Shown here piece after piece: positions 9,570 to 22,143 of a DNA stretch of 64,000 bases (the first letter of the stretch is position 1; each line of letters starts with the position of its first letter). A model generated the notes under the pieces. It worked only from the letters and a program-made list of their open reading frames with translations. It had not been told where the DNA came from and made no database searches. This DNA comes from an uncultured bacterium. GTDB lineage: Bacteria > Chloroflexota > UBA5177 > JANWHV01. The translations under genes were made by a program, and so were the position numbers. Location of the stretch: assembly GCA_963827235.1 (NCBI GenBank), contig CAWHAE010000019.1, forward strand, positions 176,234 through 240,233, in the 5' to 3' direction.

Positions 9570-11071
9570 CTTATCATTGCCCACATTTAGCGAGCCGGCA
9601 AATGGGCGGTCTGGGGAGCGAACAGCGTGTAGAGGTCGACGAGGTGCGAGAGGTACTGGAAGCCGCGCCAGAGCACCTTGGGTCCGGGCTGGCCATCGCT
9701 CGTGCGGCCGATAAAGCCGCCGAGTTGGGCAATCCAGCGGACGGCCTGGGCCAGGGTCGGTGGGGAGGCGGGCAGGGTGGTGGTCTTGTGGATGGCGCAG
9801 TAGAGAGCCTGCCACTCCGCGGGGGCCAGCAGCACGGTACAGGGCTGGTCGGGGTGGCTGCGGGCCAGCAGGGTGGCCGAGAGCACCTTCCAGGCGATCA
9901 CGCTGAAGAGGGCCAGGGCGCGCTGCAGGGCGGCCCGGCGCTCCAGTTGGCGGGCCTCCAGGGCACAGCCGCTCTTGAGCACGAAGTGCCAGCGCTCGAT
10001 CACCCAGCGGCAGGCGTAGTCGTCCAGCAGCCCGGCCGCCGCTGCCCCGTCGGGGAGGGGTAGCGTGGTCAGCAGCAGCCAGTCCAGCGGCGCCACATCC
10101 GGCGGCGGCTGGTCTTCATGCGCCCACAGGACCCAGAGCGTCACCGGCGTCAAGGTGCTGCCGGCGCGCCGCTTGGGCGCCGGGAAGGTCAACTGCTGCC
10201 ACCGGACCTGCAGCGTGGCCGTCCGGGCCGGGCGACCATCCTGGCGTTGCACCACCACCTGCCGGGTGCTGCCGACCGGCTGCGCGGCCAGGCTGGCCCG
10301 CAGGTGGCCCACCGCCGCGTCCACCCGACGGTCGTAGCTGGCCCGCACCAGCAGATCCACGTTGGGCGCGCGCTCGGCACCGAAGAGCTCGAAGACGTCC
10401 GCCTCGCGGTCAGCCACGCTGACGAACTGGGTCTGCGGGCACTGCACGGCCAGGGCATTCAGGCGCGCCAGGCCCGTCAGCCACTTCTGGCTCTCCTTCT
10501 CGCCGATCGGCCGCTGCTTGCGCTGGTGCTTCTTCCCCTTGCTGCCCGCCTCCCGCACCCAGTCCTCTTGCGCCAAGAGCCCGACCGGCACGCCGTCCGG
10601 TGCCACCGCCAGCGTGCTGTGCACCAGCAGCCCGTAGCCGTAGCCGTAGCCATCGCCGATGTACCCCAAGTCCCGTGTGGCCGGATGGTGCGAGTAGTCC
10701 AACGTCGTGGTGTCCTGCACCGCCAGCACCCGCGGGACCCCCTCCAGACGCTCCAGCGTCTGCTGGACGTGGCTGGCCAGCATCGCCGCTGGCTGCACCG
10801 CCTCGTTCTCCAGCAGCCGGTACGCCGCCTTGAGTTGTGCCCCATCCCCGCAGGCCTCGGGCAGCGAGGCCGCCGGCCGCTCCCCGAGCACACTGGCCAG
10901 CTCGACCAACCGGTCCGTCCGCCGCAAATCCCCCAGCGCTGCGCCGCCAAACTCCTCGATCGCCCACTCCGCCGCCCGCATCGTCCCTTGCCTCCCCGTG
11001 CTCGGTACCTCCCGCTTTCTCTCTACCCTACCACCCCATGCCGTACCTGCCGATTTGTGGGCAATCTTAAG
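9570..11071 (-). mobile_element. Complete IS4-family insertion sequence (IS50/Tn5-like transposase), 1502 bp
   Basis: Terminal inverted repeats CTTATCATTGCCCACATTT / CTTAAGATTGCCCACAAAT (15/19 match); 10-bp target duplication GGATGAATCC at 9560-9569 and 11072-11081. Confidence 0.93.
9587..10981 (-). CDS. IS4-family DDE transposase
   Basis: WAIEEFGGAALGDLRR N-terminal domain, QDTT, DREAD, YREK motif YACRWVIERWHFVLKSG, Tn5-like dimerisation tail LGGFIGR..DGQPG. Confidence 0.93.
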   Translation of the reverse strand: MRAAEWAIEEFGGAALGDLRRTDRLVELASVLGERPAASLPEACGDGAQLKAAYRLLENEAVQPAAMLASHVQQTLERLEGVPRVLAVQDTTTLDYSHHPATRDLGYIGDGYGYGYGLLVHSTLAVAPDGVPVGLLAQEDWVREAGSKGKKHQRKQRPIGEKESQKWLTGLARLNALAVQCPQTQFVSVADREADVFELFGAERAPNVDLLVRASYDRRVDAAVGHLRASLAAQPVGSTRQVVVQRQDGRPARTATLQVRWQQLTFPAPKRRAGSTLTPVTLWVLWAHEDQPPPDVAPLDWLLLTTLPLPDGAAAAGLLDDYACRWVIERWHFVLKSGCALEARQLERRAALQRALALFSVIAWKVLSATLLARSHPDQPCTVLLAPAEWQALYCAIHKTTTLPASPPTLAQAVRWIAQLGGFIGRTSDGQPGPKVLWRGFQYLSHLVDLYTLFAPQTAHLPAR

Positions 11072-11221
11072 GGATGAATCCTGGGGAGGCTCATGGACCG
11101 CCAAGCGCGGAGTTCACTCCGCCTCTGCGCATTCCATCCTGGCCAGGGCGTAGACAGCGACGCTCGGCTCGAGAGTCACGGCGGAACACGGACGGCGCGT
11201 CCTGCAGTGGGCAGCGCATGG

Positions 11222-12934
11222 CTAGCTCGTGGTAGAGTATCGCCGCTGGAAATCCGCCACGCCCTCGTCGACCATGTGGTAGATGTGGTCCTCGCCGATC
11301 GTCGTCATCGCGTCCGCACGGCGCAGCATGGCGAGCACGGGGTCGCGTACGCGCGCGAGCAGCAAGACGATTCCGTCGGACTTGAAGTCCGCGGCCAGGT
11401 GGGCCAGGAGGTCGGCGCTTGAAATGTCGAGCGACATGGAGGCCTCCAGGTCCAGCAGGATAGCCCGGAGTGGCGTCGCAGAAGAATGCACGAGCCCTCG
11501 CAGCTTATCGCGCAGCAGCGCGTTGTTGGCAAAGAACAACTGGGCATCCAGGCGGACCACCAGCAGTCCGGGAATGGTCTCGTTCTCCGGGTGCAGGGTG
11601 AGGTCGGCATAGGTGCGCTCGCCGGGGAAGCGGCCGAGCACGGCGACGTGCGGCCGGCTCGTCCGGTAGATCAGGAGCGCGAACGAAAGACCGACCGCGA
11701 AGAGTAGCCCGGGAAGGACGTTCAGCACGAGCTCCCCCAGCAGGGCTGTGACCGAGATCAGGAATGCCTCCCTGCTGACACGGAAGAGTCGCCGCAGTTC
11801 GCCGACGTCGAAGATGTGCCAGATGGCGGCGATCACGATTGCGCCCAGCGTCGCCTCGGGCAGGTTATGAAACAACGGAGTCAGGAACAGACCGGTGATG
11901 AGCACGAGCACGGCGGTGACTATGCCCGAGACCTGGCTCTGCGCCCCCGCGCTATCGTTGACCGTGGTCTTGGAGAGGCTTCCCGTGACTGCAAAGCCAT
12001 GCAGGAATCCGGCAGCGAGGTTGGCGGTCCCGAGCGCGATCAGCTCCTGGTTGGGATCGAGCTCATCCTGCTTGGCGGAGGAGGTTCTCTGGATGGTGCC
12101 CAGATGCTCGGCATAGCCGACCAGCACGACGCCGAGCGCGGCAGGCAGAAGGGACGATATGTCACTCGACCTCATGGCGGGTAAGCCGGCAGTCGGCAGC
12201 CCGGCGGGGATGGTACCTGCCACCTTCACTCCGTGGTGCGCGAGGTCCAGGAGTGTTACTGCCAGCGTGCCGGCGGCGACGGCAACCAGGGCGGCGGGCG
12301 CGCGGGGAACGAACCGCCGCAGTCCGAAGAGGATCACCAGGCTGCCGCCGCCGATCGCCAGTGTCCAGCCGTTCGTTCCGTCTAGACGGTGCGCCAGACC
12401 GTTCAGCTTCTCGAAGAAGTTGCCTGAGGTGCCCGTGATGCCGAGCAGCTTGGGTACCTGCCCGATGGCCACCACCATGCTCAGCCCGAACATGAAGCCG
12501 GACATCACCGGCCGCGAAAGGAAAGAAGCGACGAAGCCGAGGCGGGCGAAGCCGCAGAGCACGGCTATCGCACCCGCGAGCAGCGCCATCTCGGCGGTCA
12601 GCGCACCGTAGCGCGCGGCGCTGCCCAGCGCCATCGGCGCCACTGCGGCGGCCGACATGACCGCCAGGGCGGAGTCGCCGCCGACCACGGCCTGCCGCGA
12701 CCGGCCGAGCAGCGCATAGGCGAGGAGCACTCCCGGAGCCAGCGAGAGCGCGGCCACGGCAGGCACTCCGGCGAGCTGCGCGTAGGCCACGCTCTCCGGC
12801 ACGAGGATCGCCCACACGGTGGCGCCGGCCACCAGGTCGGAGCGCAGCCAGGTCGCCTTGTAGGAGGGCAGCCAGGTCAGGATCGGCACGTACCGCCGGA
12901 TTGGCGCGGGCACACGCGACGTCCCTGCAATCAT
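11222..12934 (-). CDS. SulP-family anion transporter with STAS domain
   Basis: DLVAG..VPESVAYA, NQELIALG, LFFAN STAS motif. Confidence 0.92.
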   Translation of the reverse strand: MIAGTSRVPAPIRRYVPILTWLPSYKATWLRSDLVAGATVWAILVPESVAYAQLAGVPAVAALSLAPGVLLAYALLGRSRQAVVGGDSALAVMSAAAVAPMALGSAARYGALTAEMALLAGAIAVLCGFARLGFVASFLSRPVMSGFMFGLSMVVAIGQVPKLLGITGTSGNFFEKLNGLAHRLDGTNGWTLAIGGGSLVILFGLRRFVPRAPAALVAVAAGTLAVTLLDLAHHGVKVAGTIPAGLPTAGLPAMRSSDISSLLPAALGVVLVGYAEHLGTIQRTSSAKQDELDPNQELIALGTANLAAGFLHGFAVTGSLSKTTVNDSAGAQSQVSGIVTAVLVLITGLFLTPLFHNLPEATLGAIVIAAIWHIFDVGELRRLFRVSREAFLISVTALLGELVLNVLPGLLFAVGLSFALLIYRTSRPHVAVLGRFPGERTYADLTLHPENETIPGLLVVRLDAQLFFANNALLRDKLRGLVHSSATPLRAILLDLEASMSLDISSADLLAHLAADFKSDGIVLLLARVRDPVLAMLRRADAMTTIGEDHIYHMVDEGVADFQRRYSTTS

Positions 12935-13113
12935 GACGCCTCACAGCCCCGGATCTGGTGCGATAGATGGCGCGCCGACGGCAGTTCCGTCACCCCCTGG
13001 CGTTCGCCATGCCAATTTGGCAGCCCGGTTCTGCAGCATCATACCACCGGCTGCCGGCCGGCGAAACGACCTTTACGCATTACCCGGCGGTGCTACCGGC
13101 CTGAAAGGGCGTT

Positions 13114-14592
13114 TCATACTCCGGTCTGCGCCTTGATCCGTCCGCTAGCCGCGGCCGCCACGAGCGCCTTGTGGTCAAGAGCGTTCTGCGCGGCATAGGT
13201 CGCGGCGAAGGCGGCAATCGCCCGCTCGAAGGCGTCGCCGGTGCCCAGGTAGGCGGCGATGGCAACGCGATCGCCGGACCGCGCATGCGCCCGCGCGAGC
13301 GTCCAACCGCATAGTCGGCCATAGACGAGCAGGGCAGCCGGCTCGATCGTCTCGAGGTCCGCCGAGTACTTCCAGTCCCAGAGCTGCCGCAGGTAATGGT
13401 CGCGCACGGTGCCGTACAGCGACTGCACGCGATCCCAACCCAGCAGGATGTCGGTAACGCCCTGGGTCAGCCGCTGGCCTTCCACGACGCGCTGCGCGTG
13501 ATTGGAGTAGGCGCTCTTGCCCGCATACGGCTCCAGCACCGAAGCGCGGGCCTCCTTGACCTGCAGAAAGAGAGGATCGGTCTCGTCGCGTCCGAACAGC
13601 AGGATGATCCAGGTCTCGGTGCCCACGCTGCCGACGCCCACCACCTTGCGCGCCAGGTGCACGGGCCGGAAGCGCTCCAACAGCTTCCGGCGGTCGCCGA
13701 GCAGCGTGCGGCTGTAGCGGTCGAGCCAGGTCCGCACCACGTCCGCTATCCAGGCGGGATCGGCGGCCGGCATCAGCTCTTCGACGGGGACGAGGAGGGG
13801 CGGCCGGCTGACGATGCACACTTGCCCATCCACTCGATGCGTGAGCTTGGCAAGGGCATGTCTGTTGTCCCGCTTCTGGGCCAGCGTCATGCCTCTTTCG
13901 ATACCGCGCGTCACCTCGGCGTGCGCTTGAGCGCCCCAGCGCGCGCGGATGGCCGCTAGATCCAGCTCGGCGTACCACACTGCGAGCTCCCGCATTGCCG
14001 CGAACTCGCGCATCGCCAACCGGTACTCTTCGACCAGCGCAAGCACGATCGCTCGGCGATCCTTGGCGCTGCAGCCGCGATCCTGGGCGGCAATCTCGGC
14101 GCTGGCCGCAAGCCGTTTGACGTCCCACTCGAACGGGCCTGGCAGTGTTTCGTCGAAGTCGTTGATGTTGAAGAGGAGATCCCGCTCGGGCGAGCCGAAG
14201 CCGCCGAAGTTGGCCAGGTGCGCGTCGCCGCAGAGCTGCACGCGCAACCCCGAGCTGGGAGTGCGCGCTAGGTCCGCCGCCATGATTCCGGCGGCGCCTC
14301 GATAGAAGGCAAAGGGCGACGCCAGCATGCGCCCATACCTGATCGGCACCAGGTCGGGCAGGCGGACCGAGGCCTCGGCCTCGAGCAGAGCGATCGGATC
14401 CTGGCGGTCCGCCGCCGGCGCATAGGCTGCGTGGTCCGCACGGCGGGCCGTCGCGCGGGCGGCCTTGCCCAGCGCGGCGCGGTCCGCGACGGCGGCAGGG
14501 AGGCGTGCCTCCCGGGCGGTGCCGGGACCGGCCGGCGGCGCGGTATTCTCCTCCGGATTGGCGGGGTCACTGCCGGTGGGTTGCTCATGCAT
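13114..14592 (-). CDS. DUF2252-family protein
   Basis: RYGRMLASPFAFYRG, CGDAHLANFG, DFDE, KVVGVGSVG, LARAHARSGD; GGAGG before ATG 14592. Confidence 0.88.
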   Translation of the reverse strand: MHEQPTGSDPANPEENTAPPAGPGTAREARLPAAVADRAALGKAARATARRADHAAYAPAADRQDPIALLEAEASVRLPDLVPIRYGRMLASPFAFYRGAAGIMAADLARTPSSGLRVQLCGDAHLANFGGFGSPERDLLFNINDFDETLPGPFEWDVKRLAASAEIAAQDRGCSAKDRRAIVLALVEEYRLAMREFAAMRELAVWYAELDLAAIRARWGAQAHAEVTRGIERGMTLAQKRDNRHALAKLTHRVDGQVCIVSRPPLLVPVEELMPAADPAWIADVVRTWLDRYSRTLLGDRRKLLERFRPVHLARKVVGVGSVGTETWIILLFGRDETDPLFLQVKEARASVLEPYAGKSAYSNHAQRVVEGQRLTQGVTDILLGWDRVQSLYGTVRDHYLRQLWDWKYSADLETIEPAALLVYGRLCGWTLARAHARSGDRVAIAAYLGTGDAFERAIAAFAATYAAQNALDHKALVAAAASGRIKAQTGV

Positions 14593-14899
14593 GGTCACAC
14601 CTCCGCCTGTATAGTCGCACCGGACGCTTCAGCCCGCAAGCCATGTGCGGACCGCTTCCGAGCTGTGCCACGGCACGGTACATGCCGGTCAATCAGATCT
14701 GGTAGCCTGTCATGTGCGTGCGCTGGCAGACTTGCCTGCACATCTGCCCCGCGGGCTCTCGCCGTGGTCCGCCTCCTTTCGCTTCTTGCGGCCGGACTTC
14801 GGCAATCAGCGTGGATGGAGTACGACACGACGTAGATCTGTCGCGCCCGTTGGCGGCGGACGTCTGCGGCCGAACGGCACGACTCCCTGGAGGTGAACC

Positions 14900-16255
14900 A
14901 TGGACGATCTGCTCCGCGATGCCGCGGAACGGGGAATTGCCTATCGGCGCTCGCTCGCCGAGAGGAGCGTTGCTCCTGCCGCGAGCGCTGTTGCCGCGCT
15001 CGACGCTCTGGATGGTCTGCTTCCGGATGGGCCTTCGGACCCATCCGATGTGCTGGCGTTGCTCGATGATGTGGGCTCGCCGGCCACGATCGCCAGCGAC
15101 GGTGGACGCTACTTCGGCTTCGTGATCGGGGGCTCGCTACCGGCCGCGCTGGCCGCGAGTTGGCTGGCCGGCGCCTGGGACCAGAATGCCGGCATGATCG
15201 CCTCTTCGCCGGTCGGCGCGCGGCTGGAGAGCATCGCGATCGGTTGGCTGCTCGATCTGCTGGGCCTGCCCGCCGGTTGCGGATGCGGCGTGGTGACCGG
15301 CGCAACCATGGCTAACTTTGCCGGTCTGGCCGCGGCACGGCATGCGGTGCTGGCCGGCGCAGGCTGGAACGTGGAGTCGCAAGGGCTGTTCGGCGCACCG
15401 CCGATCGCCGTGATCGTGGGGGATGAGGTACACGTCAGTGTGCTCAAAGCCCTCACCCTGCTGGGCTTCGGGCGCGATCGCCTTGTGCGCGTGCCCGTGG
15501 ACGACCAGGGGCGGATCAGAGCGGACTCGCTGCCGCCGATTGCCGGACCGACCATCGTGTGCGTACAGGCGGGCAACGTGAATACCGGCGCCTTCGACCC
15601 GATTGCCGAGGTCGGCGCGGCCGCGCGGGCGGGCGGCGCCTGGCTGCACGTGGATGGGGCTTTCGGCCTCTGGGCCGCCGCGGCCCCGGAGCGGACTCAT
15701 CTGGCACACGGCGTGAGCGCGGCGGATTCGTGGAGCACCGACGCGCACAAGTGGCTGAACACGCCGTACGACTGCGGACTGGCCTTCGTGCGAGAGCCTG
15801 CGCACCTGCGCGCCGCCATGTCGACCAGCGAGGCCGCCTACCTGGTAGACGCCGGAAGGCGCGAGCCGTGGCACTACGTGCCCGAGATGTCCCGCCGGGC
15901 GCGGGGCATCGAAGTGTGGGCCGCGCTGCGCCAGCTCGGCCGGTCGGGCGTGGCCGACCTGGTAGAGCGGACCTGCCGCTACGCGAAGCGGTTCGCCGAT
16001 GGCCTGCAGGCGGCGGGGTACCGTGTGCTCAACGACGTGGTATTGAACCAGGTATTGGTGACGTTCGGCGACGCCGAGACTACCAGGCGGGTGATCGCAG
16101 CGCTGCAGGACGACGGCACCTGCTGGTGTGGCGGCACGGTCTGGCAGGGTCACACTGCCATGCGGATCAGCGTCTCCTCGGCTGCCACGACGGCGGAGGA
16201 CGTGGAGCACAGCTTGGCAGCCATGATCGCGGTTGCCGGCCGGCACGCCGGATAG
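14900..16255 (+). CDS. PLP-dependent group II (aromatic-L-amino-acid-type) decarboxylase
   Basis: WLHVDGAFG, DAHKWL PLP lysine; RBS GGAGGT. Confidence 0.9.
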   Translation: MDDLLRDAAERGIAYRRSLAERSVAPAASAVAALDALDGLLPDGPSDPSDVLALLDDVGSPATIASDGGRYFGFVIGGSLPAALAASWLAGAWDQNAGMIASSPVGARLESIAIGWLLDLLGLPAGCGCGVVTGATMANFAGLAAARHAVLAGAGWNVESQGLFGAPPIAVIVGDEVHVSVLKALTLLGFGRDRLVRVPVDDQGRIRADSLPPIAGPTIVCVQAGNVNTGAFDPIAEVGAAARAGGAWLHVDGAFGLWAAAAPERTHLAHGVSAADSWSTDAHKWLNTPYDCGLAFVREPAHLRAAMSTSEAAYLVDAGRREPWHYVPEMSRRARGIEVWAALRQLGRSGVADLVERTCRYAKRFADGLQAAGYRVLNDVVLNQVLVTFGDAETTRRVIAALQDDGTCWCGGTVWQGHTAMRISVSSAATTAEDVEHSLAAMIAVAGRHAG

Positions 16256-16455
16256 CACCCGTGGCTGTGTCCCGCTCGGGCTAGCATCCAACCCGGACGG
16301 GTCGAACCGCCCTCGACCGGGCACAACGGTTCGACCGGGGCCTCCTTGCACCTGCCCGGCGCCCACTTGGAGGGGCATCTTGTAATGGTCTGGATGGTTC
16401 TGGCCACGATGTGCTGGTGCGTGTGCCTCGCGGCCTCTCGAGGATTGGGGAATCA

Positions 16456-17496
16456 ATGGCTGTGAATCAGCGCAAGCTCATTCTCGCTCAAACCCAGTCG
16501 CCCGGCGACATCATCATGTTGACAGCCGCCGTACGCGATCTGCATCTTGCATATCCGTCGCGGTTTCTCACCGACGTTCGCACGCCGTCTCCCGCTCTCT
16601 GGGAGAACAATCCCTATGTGACGAAGCTCAGCGAGTCCGATCCCGGCGTTGAGGTCATCGACTGCCAGTACCCGCTCATCCATCGCAGCAACGTGGCGCC
16701 ATATCATTTCCTACACGGCTTCATCCACTTTCTCAATGGGCGACTGGGAGTCTCGGCGGAGCCGACTCTCTTCAAAGGAGACATCCATCTCTCGGAAGCG
16801 GAAAGGGCCCAACCGTCCCGCGTGCAAGAGATCACGGGTGCGCCGATGCCGTACTGGATCATCGTGGCGGGCGGGAAGCGCGACTTCACGATCAAGTGGT
16901 GGGACCACTCTCGCTTCCAGGAGGTGGTCGACTATTTCCAGGGCAAGATCCTGTTCGTGCAGACAGGGCGGCCCGACCACCATCATCCTGAGCTGCATGG
17001 CGTGCTCGATCTCAGGGGCTACACGGACCTGAGGCAGCTTGTGCGCCTCGTCTACCATGCACAGGGAGTGCTCTGCCCGGTCACCATGCTCATGCATCTG
17101 GCCGCGGCGGTGGAGGTCAAAGGCGGGATACCGATCAACAGGCCATGCGTGGTCGTGGCCGGTGGACGGGAGCCGCCGCACTGGGAAGCCTACCCCCACC
17201 ATCAGTACATACATACTGCCGGTGCCCTGCTCTGTTGCGACAACGGTGGCTGCTGGAAGGCGCGGACCGTGCCGGTGGGTGACGGCGACGCCAGGGATCT
17301 GCCTGAGAACCTCTGCGTGGACGTGCGCAACGGCCTGCCGCATTGCATGGACATGATCACATCGGCCGAAGTCGCGCGCCGGATTGAGCTCTACTTCGAG
17401 GGTGGCACGACTCGCTATCTGACGAGCAATGAGTACCTGCACGCGCGATTGGCGATCGAGAAGCCCAGGCCCGGCGCCGCGGGCGAGAGCTCCTGA
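16456..17496 (+). CDS. Divergent GT9 (ADP-heptose transferase-like) glycosyltransferase
   Basis: SPGDIIMLTA, KWW, LDLRGYTDLRQL, MHLAAA, Cys-rich C-terminus. Confidence 0.7.
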   Translation: MAVNQRKLILAQTQSPGDIIMLTAAVRDLHLAYPSRFLTDVRTPSPALWENNPYVTKLSESDPGVEVIDCQYPLIHRSNVAPYHFLHGFIHFLNGRLGVSAEPTLFKGDIHLSEAERAQPSRVQEITGAPMPYWIIVAGGKRDFTIKWWDHSRFQEVVDYFQGKILFVQTGRPDHHHPELHGVLDLRGYTDLRQLVRLVYHAQGVLCPVTMLMHLAAAVEVKGGIPINRPCVVVAGGREPPHWEAYPHHQYIHTAGALLCCDNGGCWKARTVPVGDGDARDLPENLCVDVRNGLPHCMDMITSAEVARRIELYFEGGTTRYLTSNEYLHARLAIEKPRPGAAGESS

Positions 17497-17626
17497 CCGC
17501 GTGAAGCGCCTTTGCCGGCCACCGGATTCCCGTGCGTGCTCGCAGGCTCCCGCCGCAACGTGCTGCTGCCGCTGGCGTGCGGAGCGACCGGAGCACCTTT
17601 TCGGCGGCTCCGGGACTATATACGGC

Positions 17627-17740
17627 ATGTCCACTTCGAGTAGTACCATAGGGGCGCCACGAGCTATCGTCGCGCTGGTGATCATGGGAATCTTCGTCTC
17701 GGTCGTGCCGCCGGTGATTGTGCTCCTCGCCTGGCCTTAG
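17627..17740 (+). CDS. Possible 37-aa single-pass membrane peptide
   Basis: MSTSSSTIGAPRAIVALVIMGIFVSVVPPVIVLLAWP; follows a hairpin near 17588-17613; no clear RBS. Confidence 0.3.
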   Translation: MSTSSSTIGAPRAIVALVIMGIFVSVVPPVIVLLAWP

Positions 17741-17795
17741 AACTGGTACGGCGAGGTCGCGGCCGGTTTGATGTGCGGCCGAGCACATGTATTGA

Positions 17796-21571
<3,776 letters not shown>

Positions 21572-21583
21572 CCGCTCGTCGGT

Positions 21584-21628
21584 CCCGCCACGCCCGTGCG
21601 TCGCATCAGGCGCCGTGGGCGTGGCGGG
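21584..21628 (+). terminator. Stem-loop after the GH2 operon
   Basis: 12-bp inverted repeat CCCGCCACGCCC / GGGCGTGGCGGG; no U-tract. Confidence 0.45.
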
Positions 21629-22143
21629 CCAGCCTGGCGGCGCCCAGTCGGCGGCCTTCGTGCACGCCCTGTTCCCTATCCATCCGGGACCGCGGAGCCC
21701 CGTCTGCTGCCATCCGGCCGCCGTCGGAGCTACCCTGTGCCCCCTTCCATCCCTTTCACGGGTAGGTGTTCAAGCGCAGATCGGCGTGCTCGAACTTTGC
21801 ATGGCAGCTGGGAGCGGCCAGTCGGGCGAGAGGAGTGTCATGCGCGGGAGGGGGCGGCTGGTGAGCTGGGTGGCGATAACCGATGAGCCAACCAAGGCGG
21901 TCCTGGCGGACGAGTCGGCGGCGGCTGGCGGGTGTGGCAGCGCCCCAGAGGGGCAAGCGGCCGTCCTGCTCGGTCGTGTTACCGATGGCGAGGAACATGA
22001 AGATGCACAAGGCCAGGGGCAGCCAGAGGCGCTAAGCGCCCGTGAAGGCTCCGCCCAATCATGTTACCTATCGACCACCTGTGCTACAGTGAACCGAGGC
22101 GTTAGGTAACATGCAGAGGTGACGACGCCGATGGAGGGGAAAG

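Larger units (their letters stand above)
9503..11153 (+). repeat. Dispersed ~140-bp repeat family, locus B, split by the IS4 insertion (9503-9569 and 11072-11153)
   Basis: Removing the IS and one target-duplication copy restores a sequence colinear with 43600-43741 (GCAAGCCACGCCGGGA...CGCACTCGATGC...CCGCCAAGC.CGGAGTTCACTC). Confidence 0.85.

Noticed and set aside
21756-22010. Short minus-strand ORF as a gene or membrane-transporter remnant
   Set aside because: No convincing motif or RBS; cannot be supported without a search.
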